51,653 nt of DNA, from contig MU057822.1 in the NCBI GenBank assembly GCA_013265495.1, positions 361,852-413,504 on the forward strand. The letters are read 5' to 3'. Of the stretch, positions 47,201 to 51,653 are shown piece after piece; position 1 is the stretch's first letter, and the number at the start of each line of letters is the position of its first letter. Both the position numbers and the translations under genes were made by a program. A model generated the notes under the pieces. That model was not told where the DNA came from, did not search any database, and was given only the letters and a program-made list of their open reading frames with translations. Source of the DNA: Vicugna vicugna. Lineage: Eukaryota.

Positions 47201-48163
47201 GGTGGTGGTGGTATTGTCTGTTGTTCTAGCTCTGCACTGGGATTGTTTGCTCCATCTTCTGTGTGACAGCCCCTTCAGGACTTCGCTTAGACATGGGATA
47301 TGAGACAGTCTTACAGATGAGTAAACTGAGGCCTTAGGTGGTTAGGTGACCCCCTCAGCCAACAAGGGGCAGACTGGGACTGGGCCTAGCTCTTTTGACT
47401 TCTGATGGACTGTGCTTCTCCCAAGTTGAACCAGTGTGCAACCTTTGTAGATAAGCCTCCTGCATTGCATTTTGCTGATCTGAGCCCACAGTTCTGGTCT
47501 GTGATGATTTTGGTACATCCTCTTGTGTGCACCATTGTCTTGATCCTAGTAGTGGTTAAGATGGTTAAACAGGAATGGTCTGAGCCCTGCCCTGAGACCA
47601 TGGCAAATGGTTGGAAATCTGCAATCAGCCAGCCCGTTTTTGTGTCTCTTTGTGAGATGGGTCGGTTAATAGCTTTCTAGCTTGTGTTAGTAGCTCTTTG
47701 CAAATTGCTAGGCACGGTCTTGTTCATGAAACCTTTGGATCCTCACAACAAGCTATGAAGGATGGTTGGGTAGGAAAAGGAGTTGAGACTTAGAGGCCAA
47801 GAGTCTTGTCCCAGGTCTCACAGAAAGTAAGAGGTCAATCTGGCACTGTCCTCTGATTCAGATTTCCTCTTAGTCTCACTGTATTATTCTTTTTATCTCT
47901 TATGTGCTCCCTAGTATAGTGTCTGCACTTGAGAGCTGCCTGAGCTCACAATAGTTGTCATGTGGATGGCAAAGCACGCAGCGGGTGTGACAAGACGAGA
48001 CCTGACTCTGGTGAGGTTGCTGTCTGCATGGAGAAGGGGGTTGGCTCCGTGGAAATCATGGGCCTTGCTCTGTTTGTAGAGAGACGAAGGTAGACTTGCT
48101 TTACTTTACACCGTTAGAATAGACCTGGTGTATCAAGTTGGGTTTTGGGCCCCACATTCCAGG

Positions 48164-48409
48164 ACAATGAGTTTCAATCTGTCCCTTCAGTGGGTTGGAA
48201 ATCTATTTAGTGAATGTTAAGCTGCAGATAAAAAAAAAGAAAAGAAACAGAATATAGTAGAATAGAAAATAATCAGGGTAGGTTATATCTGATAAGAAAA
48301 AGTACATTGTTTTTTTACCAAACTTTTATATCAGTTATATGTACAGTGGGTCATGATACAAAATGTGTTTCTTATAGTAGATCAGCCAATGAAAATTGAG
48401 AGGTACTGT
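48164..48409. mobile_element. Non-autonomous hAT-type MER element, family uncertain
   Basis: agtgggttggaaatctatttagtg...agaatagaaaata...aaacttttatatcagttat...gggtcatgatacaaaatgtgtttctta. Confidence 0.55.
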
Positions 48410-49104
48410 TCTGAGATTTATTGTCAAAGTGGAGGGGTCCCAGCGGGGATATCCAGAATGGAAATGAGACGAAAAACCTTACCAGACAGAGAACTGGTTG
48501 AAGGATGGAGAGTTTGAGGAGACTCAGAGGACCTGATCGCTGTTTTCAGTGATCTGCAGATGTGTTCAGAATGGCCCCGCAGGGTGGTAACAATAAGGAG
48601 GCAGATTTCCATTTATTACACGGAGAAGAGAGATGCTGCTGTCAGAACTGGCCAGAGGCGTGAGCTTCCCATCACCAATGTCTGTCACAGAGATAGTGGA
48701 GAAGAGGTTCCAGCAGTTCACAGGAACATACTTTATTTTAAGAGACGTGTAGGTGCATTCCAGTATGGGAGCTTTTGTAGATCTGGGATGAGCAGCCACA
48801 TGCTGCCCTTGCTCCTCAGCCTGGTTGGCCAGATCTCTGATCTGACCTCTGTCCTTCTCTTTATCTCCCACCCCTGCCTCCTTTCCACACCAAAAAAGTG
48901 TCAGTTCCCACAATCTGCCGTGCACTCTGTGCTCACACTCTGTCCCCTCTACCCAGGGAGGCCTTCACCTCCCCATCTTCATTTGCTTACAAATTCCTGG
49001 TTATTCATCAGGCTCAGTTCAAGGGTCATTTTCTAAGGGCCACTTTCCCCCAAACACCCCTCCCTCTCCTGGGCTTCTGGCCTCTAGAGTGTCTGTCAGT
49101 TCCT

Positions 49105-49330
49105 GGTGTAGTGGTTGGCAGTATGGGGCCCCAGATCATACTAGGATTCAAATCCAGGCTCCATCATTTACCAGTACTGACCATGTGATCTTGAGCAAAA
49201 TACTTAACCTCTCTGTCCCTCTCTAGTTAAGCAGTAGTACATACCTTAGGGTTATGAAAAATACGCGTCGAGCCAGGTGAGGCTCTGCCTGATGCCTAGT
49301 AAATGCTCAGGAAATCTTAGCTATTATAGT
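49105..49330 (+). mobile_element. MIR SINE
   Basis: ggtgtagtggtt...ggattcaaatccaggctccatcatttacc...tgtgatcttgagcaaaatacttaacctctctgt. Confidence 0.75.
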
Positions 49331-50059
49331 TGTTTGTGCCGTTACTTCTGTTGTTATAATTATTGCACTTGTGACATTGCTGCTGCTGGTTTACAGATCT
49401 GTCTTCTAAGCTGTGAGGATTCGGGGGGCAGGGACTATGCCCTGATCATCCCAGTGTGCACAGAGCCAAGCACGGGTCAGGTGCCTAGCAGGTGGTGGTG
49501 AGTAAGTGCTCAGTCAGTTGGCTTCTGTGAAACAAACTGAGTGTTAAGTGTTAGACTTTAAAACCTGTGTATTTCTTTAAGGACAATTTCTGAGTGTTGG
49601 GAAATTACATATTTGTTTGGTGAAGCTGTTAGTAATGCTGTTTTTTCTTTCCTCACCCAGAATGTCTTTTTGTTTGTTTGAAAACTCTTTTTATCATATC
49701 CATTAACTATTGACAGATCCACAGAGTCTGTTTAAAAATAGGAAAATGTCACTGTTTTTGTAGCCTTGCTTATATGGAATTTGTATCAGCCATAAAAGGC
49801 AGGAGTTGTGTGAGAAGTTGGGAACAGGCAGCACTTGAGACGCAAGTAGCGCTTGACATGTGGAAGTTTCGGTGGAAGTAGGACTTGAGTGCTTCCCTGA
49901 AGTTTGCAGAGAGTGAGTCTCAGTTTTAAAGTTGATGCTGAGTTAACATGGGCGAAAGGTACCGAGAGCAAGTTTTATAGATGGAGAAAAGAGATGCAGC
50001 TAAGAGACACAGTTTCTGGACTGTGAGGAACTCCTGGCAGGGGTTCTCTGGTCAGGAGA

Positions 50060-50250
50060 ATGGAATTGTGCTGAAGACCTTGAGCTCTGGAGCCCTGGAG
50101 CCAAATACTCGCTGTGTGACATCGGGCAAGTTGTCTGACCTCTCTGTACAGTTATAAAATGGGGAGGTTAGTAGTAAGTCCTCTTGCTGTTGTGAGGAAT
50201 AAATGATATGTACATTGCTTAGAATTTAGCGAGTGCTCAAATATTAATTC
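50060..50250 (+). mobile_element. MIR SINE fragment
   Basis: gctgtgtgacatcgggcaagttgtctgacctctctgt...taaaatgggg...tgttgtgaggaataaatga. Confidence 0.7.
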
Positions 50251-51263
50251 AGAGCTTCACAAACCATGTGTCATCTCCAGTTGAATAGGTTACAGCTGTG
50301 CTAATCCCCTCAGACTTCGAGTCATACAAATATTATTTTCTCACTGTGCTATAATGTGAAAGCGTTGGGAGGTCGTTATTATGGGTGCTGTGTATTCATA
50401 GCACGGGGCCTCGGGGCAGACAGGCTGTGCTTCTGTTCTACCTCCTCCACACCCATGGCTCTACTTTTTATATTAGGATGTGCTTTAAATTTCTTAATAT
50501 TCATAATTTCCTCCTTATTATTACAAAAGCAACATATGTAGATTGCCATATTAGCACTATTAATATTTTGATATTTATTCTTTCGGGTATATATAGATCA
50601 ATCTGTCTGTCTGTCTGTCTATCTGTCTATGTTTTGGTACCAGTGTGGGAAGTACACATTTGCTTTCTGTTCCAATTAACCTAAGCTCAGTCTCTGATAC
50701 TCTTCTGTGGCCTAGTTTTTTCAGTTAGTGTTCTTCACCTTTCCATGCCAGTTCATTTCTGTTTAATTAATCCTCAGTCCATATTCAAATTTGTCTGGTT
50801 GTGCCAGAAATCTCCTTCTCTGGCTGATATTTCCAGTGTATATACAGTTTTATTTAGAGAGGAGGAAGTATTAGACTGCTTTAAAAAAAAAAGTTGTAAA
50901 ACTATTCATCTAGTCAATCCCATGCTTAAAGTGGACACTCAGTAAAGGTTTTTCTGTTTTGTTTTGTTTTGACCACTCCCATAGTCTAGAGGCCTTGAGA
51001 CTTGGGCAAAAAGCACTAGTCCCCTGCTCTTCGTCCCAGGCTCACTCCCTAGGAATAATCACTTTTCAGTTCTTGAGTTCAGTCTTTAGTATTTACCTCT
51101 GTGTCACCAAATGTATGTTTATATTACTTCTTAATGAGTTTTCAATTCCAGGCTTTATCCTTCTTATTCCCAGTGTAGAAGATGAGGCTTCAGTTGTCTT
51201 TCGCCTTCCTGTCCTTGCCCCACCTGCACATCTCCTGTCCTCCAAGTAGACGTGTTTCACTTC

Positions 51264-51597
51264 TGTTTAGATTGCTCTTGATGTTTGTATTGTTAGGATT
51301 TTGTAAATTCTGTACGTAGCTGAGCCATGATTATTTTTTCTTACACATCTTTTTATTTTCTCTGGAGTTAACAACTGAGTTGGTCCTTTTCTTTTCTTTT
51401 TTTTTTTTACATTTTTTATTGATTCATAATCAATGTTTAGATTTGATGTTTGTATTGTTAGGATTTTGTAAATTCTGTACGTAGCTGAGCCATGATTATT
51501 TTTTCTTACACATCTTTTTATTTTCTCTGGAGTTAACAACTGAGTTGGTCCTTTCCTTTTCTTTTTTTTTTTTACATTTTTTTTTGATTCTTAATCA
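51264..51597. repeat. ~165-170-bp tandem duplication that includes the L1 poly(T) junction
   Basis: 51264-51432 is repeated at 51434-51597; copy 2 lacks tgctc. Confidence 0.95.
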
Positions 51598-51653
51598 TTT
51601 TACAGTGTTTTGTCAAATTTCAGTGTTCAGCACAATTTTTCAGTCATTCATGG
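51551..51653 (-). mobile_element. 3' end of a second young L1 of the same family as 43068, running off the window
   Basis: poly(T)-acatttttt...aatcattttacagtg...cagtgttcagcacaatttttcagtcattcatgg is near-identical to 43074-43166. Confidence 0.9.

Noticed and set aside
1..51653. Novel prokaryote-style system (CRISPR, defence island, retron) or a new gene among the many short ORFs
   Set aside because: The DNA is spliced mammalian sequence. Recognisable ORFs are exon pieces of ANKFY1, CYB5D2, ZZEF1 or L1; the rest are short, often non-ATG and motif-free.

Overview
This is mammalian genomic DNA, most likely camelid, based on a vic-1-like tRNA-Ala SINE. It matches the human 17p13.2 gene order. The window holds the last 18 coding exons and ~3.8-kb 3'UTR of ANKFY1 (Rabankyrin-5; + strand, 268-22728). 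These join by GT-AG splicing into one frame of 869 full codons ending in the FYVE domain. It also holds the complete 4-exon CYB5D2 (neuferricin; - strand, 38630->31152, 266 aa), convergent with ANKFY1, and coding exon 1 of ZZEF1 (+, 39198-39551), which shares a bidirectional CpG-island promoter with CYB5D2. The rest is intron or intergenic DNA with MIR, L2, L1, MLT1, Tigger1, Charlie and MER20 relics, a young 5'-truncated L1 with a 17-bp target-site duplication (TSD) spanning a 565-N gap, and two local duplications. I found no supportable undescribed biological system. The best leads are modest regulatory and structural ones: an unusual TACTAACAG acceptor, a 3'UTR miRNA seed cluster, an M-box/E-box pair, a CTCF-like site, a hairpin-containing 70-bp duplication, and a probable assembly artefact at the window end. 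Human comparisons and repeat family names are recalled from memory, not searched.
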